NCBI RefSeq assembly: GCF_964204645.1
Contig: NC_134033.1
Span: 9,990,655-10,054,654 of the forward strand
DNA from: Tubulanus polymorphus
Taxonomy: Eukaryota > Animalia > Nemertea
DNA length: 64,000 nt
Reading direction: 5' to 3'
Below the pieces are notes generated by a model. The model did no database searches. It worked only from the letters and a program-made list of their open reading frames with translations, and was not told the origin of the DNA. Of this stretch, positions 24,700-37,525 are shown in pieces (position 1 is the stretch's first letter; each line of letters starts with the position of its first letter). Both the position numbers and the translations under genes were made by a program.

Positions 24700-25705
24700 T
24701 CGTAAAAGAAAGTAGGCACACCATCGGTCGTATTGGTTTACATATTGTACTGATTTAAGTTCAGGGAAATGATAACGATTATTTTTAATCTATGCTCTGT
24801 AAGATTAGGGTATAGTAACTCAACATTTTTGCAAACAATCATTGCTTATCGAGGTATTCGCCCGCCAGTTTTTCCGGAAAAAGCTATCCCTGACTACGTT
24901 TGACGTAGAATAACTGTTCGACTCAATCGTATGTCACTTATTTGGAGTTACCCGACATGAAGATAATTTTACGAATGAACTGGCCAATGTTTTTTTTTTT
25001 TACGATATTCAATGCCTATGACAAAAGACAATATCCCGCGACCAAGTGATATATTCATATTTAGGCGACGTGATATTGCCCTTTATTGACACTGACGTCG
25101 GATTGGTCATAGGAAGTGATAATCACTTGAACTCTTAGAGATTAAAGGTAGCCATGACGGTGGTCCCTATGCCGTAATTTTCGGATGGGCAATCTATGGC
25201 CCACTAGGGGATAACGGACGGAGACTTATCTCTAAAAAAAGCTTTTTACTATTAGGACTAATGTAAGTGACGTCATTCTGACCAGACAACTCAAATCTTA
25301 TTGCAACAGAGAATTCAACGACAGAAGTTATGAAGTGATGAAGTTTGTATGTCGCAAGAAGATAGGCGTGCACTTCGGACAATGAAAACCTCGGTTGTTT
25401 TCACGAGAGATTGACTTTTTCAGTTAGACTTACCCTGAAAGACTCAGCTACCGAACTTACCGAACAAAAGTCGTCACTAATCATCGATTGAGGAACCTTA
25501 AATGTTTGCTAGGCGATCAAAACTTATTTGAATAATACGCAAGGTTCATCGATAAGATGATCAAGGCTCAGTTTTGTGAGATGGTACGTACCAGATCATG
25601 ATCTGAAATGATCTGACATCTGACTCAGAGATGACATGGTATGGTACTTGCCCCACCACAGTGTGTACCACGCAACCAAAAAGAAAATAAGGGTTGTATT
25701 TGTCG
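24700..25705 (+). mobile_element. Heavily decayed BEL/Pao pol fragment
   Basis: WYLPHHSVYHATKKKIRVVF at ~25642-25701; the left boundary is approximate. Confidence 0.6.
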
Positions 25706-26654
25706 CGACCGAATGCAGTCGATAAATTCATGTAGGATTGAATGGGTTTATTCTTGTCAAAATCTATATATCTACACTCAGTGTATCCTTACTTTATTAT
25801 ACTAGCTAGGTGTACCTTGCTCTGTTGACCATAATTTGTTCAGCCTTTATAAGCCTATACTGCCCATATCTCGTGGCAGTATACTATCAGCCTGTGTCGA
25901 GCTATACATGTATTTCCTAACTGCCACGACCGCGCTTTGCCCTATACGTGCGGTTTTACACAAATTGTATATTTCTTCATTTTTCCATAATTCATTATCC
26001 ATAGCAAAAGATTATTGTAGTTTGGTTTTAGGTGTGAAGGTCGATATTTCATAAGATTCATTGTGACTTAATAGTGGCAATAACAATCCTGCTGCATCAC
26101 ACACTTTTAAACATGGTCGTCCAAATGAGAAAAGGAAAAATAGGTCTACAGTTGAGTCGGAGTCTGCAATTACTGAAACTGCTTATGTTGATTCTAATGA
26201 ATGTGATACACAGACTGATAAGGTTGAGAGTATCTCCAAACTATTTACATTAATGCAAGATATGTCAAATAAGATAGACTCTCTTGCAAATTTAAAAAAC
26301 GACATACTGGACACAATTTACAAGAAATTAGAAAACCATTCAAAATTTGTTCAGAATTTAGTTCACCGAGCTGAAGAGAGGCTTTATGATCTCGAACAAC
26401 TTAATAAAGAATTATGTAGATGGTACTAAAAGACCAGATGGGATAATTGTCCGTTTCTTTAATCGCAATTTAAGAGATTCAATCATTAAAAAGCGTTCAT
26501 CCTTAAAAGGAATTGGAATCATAATAAGAGAAGATCTGAGTCCGGAAATTTCAAAATTAGTGAACCGCGCATTTACCTCTGACCTGTATTCTAAAGTTTG
26601 GACAGTTAGTGGGGAAGTCTTCGGTGTAACAAAAGACGGTAACGTTAAAAATGC

Positions 26655-27957
26655 TCATTAAACTGCCACAGTGAACTTGTGCTTCAGCTTGCTCGTTTAA
26701 TCTACGTACTCTATTGACTGATTTGCTTAGAAGTTCATGCTGAATCTCATTTGCAAATATCAATCTATTACCCAGTCAATTCATTTTTTACGGCTTATAA
26801 AACGTTACCATTATGAGACCTGAACAATGTTAACCATTCAGCGTCATTTTACAAACGACAACCGTAAATCGATCACAGTGTAAATCGTCACAGTTCTATG
26901 TGTACACATTCAAGCTATTTGGCAAAATATCATTGACAAAGATGTAGAATGGCTTCCTGTGATTGTAAAGTGACCTATATTTGAACGTCGAAATGTTATA
27001 TTGCATTTGATATCATTAGAAGACGTATTGTAATAGTAGAGGATGTAAGATTATTATCAGAAGCGGCAGGCATGAATAGAAATGATAAGTAAATCGGATT
27101 ATTCGGTTAAATGGCGGATGTATACATGATTTGGAAGTCTGATATAAAAGTCAGACCCTGACGTGGGGATGCTGGTGGAATGACGAAGTTATCTATGATG
27201 TGTGTAGGGCCGGCGTGAATTTCATCAGCGGCTACAAGCGGTCAACATGAAAATGTGTAAACATATAATTTCAATATTCAAATGTTTTAGAAAATATGTT
27301 CGATATTAGGGGTATGCGGATATGCAGTTTCATGAGATTAGCAATTTATGATAGCATAGCTGTTATATACGGCTCCGCGTCCTCTGATGGCATGTGTGTA
27401 GGTGAAAATTCAATTCTTTATTGATCCTTATTACATTGAAATTCTGGGATAAAATTCCCAAATTCAGAAGATACAAACTTTTAAACGAAAAAAAAAACGT
27501 ACAAGACACACGGGTAATTCATACAGAATAACATAAATAAGTTATTTTAAATGACAATGTCTACTTCAACCCAGACTCAATCTAGGATACCGAGTGGCAG
27601 CCAAACCCGTAGCTCGGGACCGGGCCGGCTGGCTAGGCCACACGATATGCTCGAAGTCATGATGAAGCTGACATCAGAATGCTATTTCCTTTACCATGGA
27701 GGCAATGAAGTAGCAGACCAGCTTACAGGCAAACGTGAAGTGAATGAAGTTGTATGCAAGTTATCAATTAGTGACACAAATATTAAACCACTACTAGAGT
27801 TGAAGACCTGTATCATCTACCCAATCGCCAAATCTCATAATTCCCCAAATTTCTTAAAACTTCGAATTTCAAATTTGCAATCCCACATTAGCTTATCCGA
27901 GAAATTCTACATTTTTTTCGCAGGCGTCAAATAATTTATTAAAATTAATTTTCTTGT
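26655..27957 (+). repeat. Dispersed repeat X, copy 2 (longest); decayed LDLa/LRR receptor fragment
   Basis: Aligns with 11969-13108 (inverted) and 28375-28897; LDLa-like and LRR-like (LLELKT) remnants. Confidence 0.75.
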
Positions 27958-28333
27958 GTAATGACTATCTTCCTAGATTTACAACTTATATTATATCAGT
28001 GCTAATTTTAGTTGAAAGTCTTTCTCAACTATACACTGAACACTATGTTTTGGTGTTTACTATTTCTATATATAATTCTTGTATATTTTTTTCCTATTAG
28101 GGATTTACTTATGATATTTAAGTGTACTTTTGGTGCGAGGTATTTTCTCTTAAAGTATGTATTTTTGTGAGAAATGTGATTGTATTGACTTTGGTAACAG
28201 ATGATAAAATTTAAAAAAAATTTTTTTGTCTTTTTGAATGGATAATTTCCTAAACATTAAAACCAATTGTAAATTCTATGAAAATCTGTCCTCAATTGAG
28301 AAATCAAGGTTTTCATTATTCCACAGTAATGCT

Positions 28334-28899
28334 GGGAAAGTCTTCGGTGTAACAAAAGACGGTAACGATAAAAATGCTCATTTAACTGCCACAGTGAACT
28401 TGTGCTTCAGCTAGCTAGTTTAATCTACGTTCTCTATTTACTGATTTGGTTAGAAGTTCATGCTAAATCTCATTTGCGAATATCAATCTTTTACCCAATC
28501 AATTCATTCTTATTCATCCGTATAAAACGTAACCATTATGAAACCTGAACAATGTTAACCATTCAGGGTCATTTTACAAACGACAACCGTAAATCGATGT
28601 GCAAAACGTCACAGGTCTATGTGTACACATATCAGCAATTTGGCAAAATATCATCGACAAAGATGTAGAATGGCTTCCTGTGATTGTAAAATGACCTATA
28701 TTTGAACAACGAAGTGTTATATTGCATTGAATATCATTAGAAGACGTATTGTTATAGTAAAGGATGTGAGATTATATCAGAAGCGGCAGGCATGAATAGA
28801 AATGATAAGTAAATCGGATTATTCGGTTAAATGGCGGATGTATACACGATTTGGAAGTCTGATATAAAAGTCAGACCCTGACATGGGGATGCTGGTGTC
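28334..28899 (+). repeat. Duplicate of ~26611-27177 (ORF1 end + repeat X) inserted in the LINE endonuclease
   Basis: Direct repeat, flanked by taatgct on both sides (28327-28333 and 28900-28906). Confidence 0.85.
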
Positions 28900-29559
28900 T
28901 AATGCTAGAAGTCTAAATAAAAATTTTGATAATCTAAAAGTATATTTAAATTCACTAAATTATGTTTTTAGTGTAATTGGTATCTCAGAATCTTGGACAA
29001 ATCTTTTTATGATAACAACTCTATGTACAATCTAGAAAACTATCACGATATTTTCAATAGTAGAAATGACTATCGTGGCGGAGGTTTTGCGCTATATGTT
29101 CATAATTTCGTTAAATTTAATGTAATTGATGATTGTTCAATTATCACCCCATCCTTTGAAAGTTTATTTGTAGAAATAACTACTATCCCAAATAACCGTT
29201 CAAAATTTATCGTTGGCATTGTGTATCGTCTTCATGACTTGAGTATTTCTAACTTTAATTCTAATTTTGCACACATTTTGGAAAAAAATTGATAGTAGGT
29301 CACAAAAATGTTTAATCATGGGTGACTTCAACATTGACTTATTTAAAGTTCAATCACATAATCATACACATGACATTTTATCAATAATGCTGTCTCATAG
29401 CTTTCATCCTTTAATTGATAAAGCCACGCGCATCGCGAAAACGACCGCAACTGATGTTTTGTTTTCTCGCACGAGAAAACCAAAAAACGGGCCAATGTGA
29501 ACAATTTTTTATCGGTGCTTTTTAGCCGTACAGAAAATTTTTTAGTATGGCCCGAATCA

Positions 29560-30353
29560 GCCACCATAGCTACCGGCCGGTAAATTCGCTGAACGCGACA
29601 ATTATGTAAGGAGATGGTGGCGTCAGGTAAAATATCTTTCCGATGTATTTTGGCGCAGATGGCTGTCAGAATATGTAGCCCGATTGCAGAAGCGCTCTAA
29701 ATTGTTTCGTCTCCGTAGAAAACGTCCAAATCGGTGAACTCGTGTTAATGGTCGATGATAAAATCCCTCGAAGCTCGTGGCTATTGGGGCGTGTAGTTTC
29801 TACATAATCCCGATCAGGACGGCGTCGTCCGATCTGTGAGGTTGAAAACGCATAACTCAGAGCTTATGAGACCGATTGAGAATTGCATACATAGAATCAT
29901 CTGTAGATGATTAATCTTGTTGCATGGTTCGTTGTGATTAAATGCTATATTCCTATATGCCTATATTTAATGGGGCCGGAGATGTTACGCTCAATCTATA
30001 CTTTACTTGTGTTTTTCTATCCTAAATCCACCTGCATATTGCTATTTTCATGAACCTGTTTAGATATTTGAAATGTCCCGCTATGAATAGTACTAAAACC
30101 ACGTGATTTCTTTTGCTTTGTCGGGAGCTTTGGATTTTATGTTCAGATAGTTTTGCGTGCTCGTCGTGTGAGAGTTCCTCTAAATTTTCACGTTAGTGTA
30201 AATATTTGTTTTATTCTTCTGATATTAATTTATACTTACAATTTGGTAGTACCTAATCATGTTACAATCCTTTCTTGTAGAATCATGTATTTTCGGTAAT
30301 TAATCGTTGTAGCAGAGAGAATACATTCGTCGTCGTATTTTCTGATCGTAAGA
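29560..30353 (+). mobile_element. BEL/Pao 3' fragment with PPT and LTR (29983-30353)
   Basis: FWRRWL...IGELVLMVDDKIPRSSWLLGRVV; purine tract ggggccggaga, then tgttacg...cgtaaga termini. Confidence 0.65.
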
Positions 30354-30439
30354 CCCTGAAATCCCTGAAATCCTCAATCCACCACTGCCCATCCTCTAAC
30401 TCTAAGAAGCAAAAGCTATGTAATGAATGTAAATATAGC

Positions 30440-31430
30440 AACCGCTAAATAGAAAGGTAAATCACTTTGCCGGTGGCAAATTATACAATGTACTTACGGT
30501 TGTAAAAAAGTTCGTTCGATTTTACCTTAATTTTAGAATTAGCCATGTCAACATAGAAAGAAATAGATATCCGGGGTAATGTCAGATATGATATGCTTTC
30601 AACTCAGATAAAGATAGGCAGATGTTACCTGTAGAAGCTTTTTTCCATCAGAGATTGGACCGAGCTGTTATACATATTATCCTTAAAAATTATAATAAAA
30701 ATAATGTTTATTGCTATTGCGTCATTCTCTGTCCACACGTAGAGCTTAGCATATAGTTACAGGGTTTTCTGCGCATCGCGCATGGTGCCGTTTATATTCT
30801 GTAGATACAACTGTCAACACATCAGCGATTCTGAACTTACTGTCCAGTGATGGAAAACAATTAGACAGATATTTGCCACAGTAATTCATTCGTTGAGCGT
30901 TTCGGTTGGAATTTGACTTATTGAGAAAAATATTCTAGATACAAGAAACAGGTTTACAAGTAACCGTTCAAATCTATAATGTGCACGTCCGCACATCTCT
31001 ATTTACACTAAGACGTGCAGAGCTATCATAACTTTTTAGATGAAACAGTCCGGATCATATCTCAAAACTATTATATTCGTAAAAATATATACAATATTCG
31101 ATTGCAATATATCTAATCCATCGATTCCGATTGATAGAAAATAATGCGCCGCGCGAAATTACGCAGTTTAAACACTTATACGCCTTGTCTGTCACAGCTG
31201 AAATACTGTGGTACCTCGTCTTCAACTGGAAGGTTGTCGGAACTGATATTTTACTCGGTGAAAGCTACCTTGAATCTCCAAGTGGTAAATCTGACGGTAT
31301 TCTTGATATTGTGTTCACTGTTATCAGAGAATTTTGTCGGGAAATCGTTTAGAAATTCAACATTGATCGAATACAAAAAAGGAACCATTGAGGAAAACAG
31401 ACGTCAAAGTGGAAAACCGATAAGTGAGTA
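30440..31430 (+). pseudogene. Possible highly decayed LGR/GRL101-like GPCR remnant
   Basis: TM5-like ELIF...VNLTVFLILCSL preceded by a TPCL motif; the rest is fragmentary. Confidence 0.3.
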
Positions 31431-31791
31431 AAACAGCAACATCGTGAATTTATTGTCATTATTTCTCATTATTTCATTGCTATCAAAACAAACTTACATC
31501 ATTACGGCTCAACTACGTTTGAAAAGCAATGAAATAATGTATTAGAATTTGCATGAATAGTAATTTCATAAATCAAAACTTTTCAAACATAAATCGTTAA
31601 CCCTTTTACGGTGAAGTTGCAATGTTTTTCGCTTATGGCAAAGTAATAAAACACTAATTTTGAATGAATACGACCGAAGATTTGCTCGATGTATGGGCTC
31701 TAGTATAAAAAATATGGAAAAGTAGTCAAATGGCCTTTTTACCTGACGTATCAATACGCACAACGCTGACCGAAGATCTGTCAATCTTGAT

Positions 31792-32545
31792 ATTGAAATT
31801 GAAATTGAAATTGAAATTTATTTTCATTACGATGTTACATTATTGAACGATATAATAAGTATGATTAGACGAAGAAAAATGTAACAGGATAATGGGGCTA
31901 CACGGAGAGACTGAAACAGTCTATCTAAGCCGTATCACCCAGAAGCATCCACACCACATTCATCACACTCACACATCATGCACACAAGTAATTAACAGGC
32001 GAAAAGAAAAAAAAGTTTCACATATTACACATTAACATAGGTTTGTATAGAATGAAAATTTACAAAGTGTTGAATAATGATTTAATGTAGGTACGCTTAA
32101 AGGCAGGTTCGCTTTGAATAGTTTGAATTGATTCAGATAGAGTATTCCATAATAGGGGACCGGATATTTTGACAGAAGATTTTCTAGTTACAGTTCTCAA
32201 ATAAGACAATCTAATTCTAAATCTATTACGCGTAGGGTTACTATGAATTTGATAATTGAAGTTCCAATAGTTGTGAAAGGTCCTAGGCAATTTTGAATTG
32301 ACGAATTTATGTACAAAAATAGCTAGTTGCAGTTTGTTAATATTCTTAATTTTAAGTATATTTAACCGAGCAAAAATTGGATCAGTGTGTTCTAAATAAT
32401 GGGATTTGCTGACCAAACGGACAGCACGTTTTTGTAGAATTGTTAATGGATGCAGTTTATAATCAGAAGTTCTTCCCCAAACAATGTTACAATACTGAAG
32501 ATATGGGTCTATTAAGGATAAATACAAGGTACGTAAAGAATTGGA
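31792..32545 (-). mobile_element. 5'-truncated CR1/L2-group LINE 3' end
   Basis: LRTLYLSLIDPYLQYCNIVWG...LQKRAVR C-terminus; 3' UTR; AATAAA followed by a (TTCAAT)n tail at ~31792-31822. Confidence 0.85.
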
Positions 32546-32697
32546 CGACATACCGGCACTACCGACACACTGGCAATCCGACATACCCAACATACCGGCA
32601 ATTCGAGACTCCGGCAATACTGAAAACCTAGATACAGACATTCCAGTCAATTATTCAACCAGGTCAGTTGTTTTGAAAATATCAATTTGAAAGGCTG

Positions 32698-33125
32698 GGA
32701 CGTTCGGTCCCTAATATTCCCCTGTAGAGAGGTTCAGGGATCATGAGGCGTTCAGCTCCTAATCATCGCCTGTAGAGAAATACTGGGATCGTGGGGTGTT
32801 TGGTTCCTAATATCCCCCTGTACAGAGGTGCTGGGATCGTGGGGTGTTTGGTTCCTAATATTCCCTTGTACAGAGGTGCTGGGATCGTGGGGTGTTTGGT
32901 TCCTAATATCCCCCTGTACAGAGGTGCTGGGATCTTGGAGTGTTTGGTTCCTAATATTCCCTTGTAGAGAGGTGCTGGGATCGTGGGGTGTTTGGTTCCT
33001 AATATTCCCTTGTACAGAGGTGCTGGGATCGTGGGGTATTAGGTTCCTAATATTCCCATGTACGTAGGTGCCGGGATCGTGGGGCGTTCGGTTCCGGATA
33101 TTCCCCTGTATAGAGGTTCCGGGAT
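32698..33125. repeat. 48-bp minisatellite, ~9 copies
   Basis: Unit gttcctaatattcccttgtacagaggtgctgggatcgtggggtgtttg; edge copies are more diverged. Confidence 0.92.
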
Positions 33126-33529
33126 TTTTGTACCAAATAGCCGTTTATTGTCATGGCCTATTCGAGTCAGTTCCCCAGATATTAAACCGAAACGGAAGTT
33201 ACAATAACGAAACATTAGATCATCACTCAGCTCAAAATCGACATCTATAAGTACATTAAAATTAACCGTTTCATCCGAGAATTTTGAGAGAGCTGGATGG
33301 GATCACATGTGGTTTTTTTTAAACTCTCATTTACATCATGTTAGATAAAATGTTTGAGTCCCAAAAACTAATAGTTTACTGGAAATACCATAGTAACCGA
33401 AAACCTAGAAATAATTCAATCTCCAAATAGTATGGTAACCTTGTAAAGATAATGGTTGTCGAGGAAAAACGTAGTACAGTTTTTTAAGACTTAAACACGT
33501 TATTTAAATAAACTAAATGAAGACAATTT

Positions 33530-34778
33530 TGGACTAAACAAAAATGATACCTTTTTCCTGCGCAGCGGCCGGGTCGGAAAAATTCAAAAAGGAGGTACAT
33601 ATTTAATTGAAAAAATCCGGCCTGTCGGGTGTAAATAAAACTTAAATTGAGCTGATTTAGGCCTATTTATTTTCATTGCACTTAGAATTGTGACCCGTGG
33701 ACTCACACCAATTCAGTTCAAGAAACCAATAGGCGTTATATCCTCGGTTAAGAAAAGACTTTTATTGAAATTGAATCGAATTGAGAGACAGTGGTGATGT
33801 TATATTAAAACAAATAGCATCTGTTTTTATTATTATTTACGTTTCAGTTTTAGTTTATTTTCAAAATCAATTCATATTCATTGGCGAAAATAAAAGTCAT
33901 ACATTTTCATTGAAAAGATTGGTAATTTCTTTTTGAAAGGGTTCTTTTGTAACTGGTTTTCACAACCATATCAAGGTGAACTTTAGAACCAGTTCCGCAG
34001 CATTATTTTGTGTCTTTTTCAGGGTGGCCACTTGCGCATTTGACTTGTGTTTCCCCCCAACTATTACCTAGATGCATTGTTTTCCCTGACTTGATATGCT
34101 TGAGATGCTTTAAAAGCCGGGATCATTTTTTTGCCACGGGCCAAAATTTGGCTCGGAACAGCTGTTCACACTGGTGCCAAATGGGCCTGTGCCTGTTTGG
34201 CCCGACCAAAAACGTCGGACCAGGCCCGAGCCAAATTTTAGCACCAGACTAATAATTCCGTTTGGATTGCAACTGGCACCGGAAATGATTCACTACGCTT
34301 CGTTTGAGCATTGTTAAGTACTCTTATTAGGCACGGGCTAAATTTGGCCCGAGCCTGATCTGTGCCAATTTGGCCCGGGCCAAATTGTGTCCGTGTGATC
34401 GCGGCTAAATACGTAAGACAGAGACGGAAATAGTTTTTTATGCGTTCTTGTAATTTCAACAAGTGTCCCTGATTTCAAGTTTTTTTTTCTACAAAATTCC
34501 GTGACTACTCTCTGACTTTTATGCAGAAAGAGATATTCCCCGAGTTCCCTGATTATCGGGTAAGTGGCCACCCTGTCTTTGTACCCGGATTTGGAAATGT
34601 CAATCTTTTTTATTTAAAGAACCTTCAATAAATTTGTTTAAAAAAAAATAAAATGCTGCCTGCCCGGTGCAGAATTTTTCAAAATAATTTTTTTTAATGA
34701 ATAAAAAAAACACCTGCCTGCCTGGTCAAAAAGGTGGGTAGAGAAGGGAGAAACAAGGTATCATATTTTTCTAGCCTT
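33530..34778. mobile_element. Three nested MITEs
   Basis: Outer imperfect TIR (aaaatgatacctt / aaggtatcatatttt); middle hAT-like TIR cagggtggccactt (34020) / aagtggccaccctg (34575); inner Harbinger-like agccgggatca / tgatcgcggct (~34115-34406). Confidence 0.65.
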
Positions 34779-37080
34779 AGCTACATTAAATCAGGCTGGG
34801 AGAATGAATGAAAACAATATATCATAGTACTCTCACTCTACATGTGTAGAATTCAAATTTAGATCCTGCGTGGTTTTTTGAGCGCATTATAGATGACATT
34901 TTTGAATTACAATCGAAAGCTGCGACATAACAACAGGCATGATAAACTGGTAATACCTGGTTACCTCAGGTTACTTCCTACTGACCGTGACGGTTACGTT
35001 CTGCAGGGAGGAGAACGTCAGATCACCGTGGCGTCACTTTATCTCGTAACGACTGTTAGGCAAAGACATAAAACAAGCTTCGTATCAACACAAACAAAAC
35101 AAGAAATTTATTACAACCGATGTATACAGCTTGCGTGCAATTGAACATGGCCAACCTGCGCTGAGCATGCCGGGAATCTCATACACCAACCGCGAAAATC
35201 AAACAACCGGAAATAACCCGACGTACTCCCGCGCGAAATAAGTTGCAAAATTAAACAAATTTGTGACGAACAACTCTTCTCAGAATAACTGTAATAATCC
35301 ATAATGCACTGAAAGTCTGAATATCACAGTTGAACTAGATATAAGTTCATTTGTTGATCCGTCACAATTAAATAATCTTAATAATCCATTATATAATACC
35401 TTCACCGCATGTAATCCATAGTTCACGTAGACGACAACGCGAAAATTTAAACGACAAAAACAAGGAACATCTTCACACAGCATTTCCGAAATTTTGTCAC
35501 GAGCTATTCTTGCTGCGAGCCTAACAGGAGGTCTTTCTACATTAACACCAGTAGAAGATTGTTTTCCATCCTCTAAGTCACCAACGCAAACCGCTGTCAC
35601 TTCCAACGGGTACAATTTCACGATTGGCCAGTTGGTTATACCATTTGCGGTACGCACCTCCGCCCAGCGAACAATGCCATCGTGACCGGGTACCAACTTA
35701 ACTATAACACCGAGTCTCCACTGAATACGTGGACCAACATCATGAAGTAGAACTATTTCACCAGTAGTTATACGTTGATTTAAAGTGCCTGAATTAATAT
35801 GACGCTCCCTCAATGCAGTCAAATCTGTACGCCATCTTTCGGAGAACTGACGATATAAATGACTTCTACGTTTCGCGCGAGTTAACAACACATTTTCTGT
35901 TATATAATCTGGGTCTGCTTACTCCTCAGAATCTTTCACGGGATAGGGTAAAGTTTTTATTCGGCGACCTTGAAATAATTGCGACGGAGTTATAGCTTCA
36001 GGATCCTGTATGTCGTTCGATACGACTGTAATAGGACGATCATTAAGCGACGCCTCTATCTCGATTAAAACTGTTTCTAATTCTACGAAAGTCAACTTCG
36101 ATCTACCAAGAACTTTATATAAGAGACGTTTGGTGAGACCTACAATACGTTCGTAAAATCCACCGAACCACGGTGCTCGTTTCGGAATAAAACGCCACGT
36201 ACGTACAGCCAACTACAGATATACGGGTTTCGAGTGCAATTGATTTCAGTAATAAATCCAATTGTTTTGACGCGCACGTGAATGTTGAGGCATTATCAGA
36301 TATCAATATGGAAGGAACTGATCGTCCACTCGCAAAACGAGGGAATTCCATCATAAACGTATGAACGGTCATATTACAAACTAATTCGAGGTGTACACAG
36401 CGCGTATCAGCACATAATAACAGTATGTATGCGTTAATCTCTGTACGGTTGATTTCATCTAAAACGCTAATCGCTCCGCTAAAATCTAGTCCTGTAACTG
36501 CAAACGGTGGCGAGTCCTTAACTCTAAACGAAGGTAGAGGAGGCGGCTGTGGATACGCGTAAGCAGCTCCACAAACTTTATTACAGGGTACACACCGTTT
36601 CAGAATAGATTTTGCATACTGCCGAATACGTGGAATCCAATAAGTTTGACGCACACGAGTCATAGTTGCGGTAACACCTGAGTGATTTAAAACTATATGA
36701 CTATCCAAGATAATAAGTTCAGTAAATTTGTTCTTTGCCGGAAGCAGAATCGGAAATTTCGCCGCATAATCCAGATCAGAGTTATGGATACGCCCAGCAC
36801 AACGAATTATTCCTTCCGAATCCAAGTATAAACTTAACTGACGTATACGATTATTTCTGCGTCCCTTTATGAGTTGTTCGATTTCAACTGAATACGCTTC
36901 CGCCTGACAAGCTTTAATCCACTGTTCGCGACTCCACTTTAGTTGGTAGTTCAGTAACAACCGATACTCGAGCTGATCGTAATAACAGAACAAATTTCCA
37001 TACATTCCATTCATCTTTCATTTCATTTATTGTAACTTTGTACAGTATATATATGTAATACATAATATAATATAGTGGCA

Positions 37081-37489
37081 ATACATACATACATACATAC
37101 ATACATACATACATACATACATACATACATACATACATACATACATACATACATACATACATACATACATACATACATACATACATACATACATACATAC
37201 ATACATACATACATACATACATACATACATACATACATACATACATACATACATACATACATACATACATACATACATACATACATACATACATACATAC
37301 ATACATACATACATACATACATACATACATACATACATACATACATACATACATACATACATACATACATACATACATACATACATACATACATACATAC
37401 ATACATACATACATACATACATACATACATACATACATACATACATACATACATACATACATACATACATACATACATACATACATACA

Positions 37490-37518
<29 letters not shown>
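37081..37518. repeat. (ATAC)n microsatellite, ~109 units, in the LINE 3' UTR
   Basis: Perfect tetranucleotide run. Confidence 0.98.

Positions 37519-37525
<7 letters not shown>

Larger units (their letters stand above)
25720..29450 (+). mobile_element. CR1/L2-group LINE 5' half (ORF1 + endonuclease), 3'-truncated, with two insertions
   Basis: ORF1 GIIVRFFNRNLRD...IIIREDLS...KVWTVSG; endonuclease FSLFHSNA|RSLNKNF...GISESW, GGGFALY, MGDFNIDL, IDKATRI. Confidence 0.8.

Noticed and set aside
32698-33125. CRISPR-like array
   Set aside because: Contiguous tandem units without unique spacers, no cas genes, eukaryotic context.
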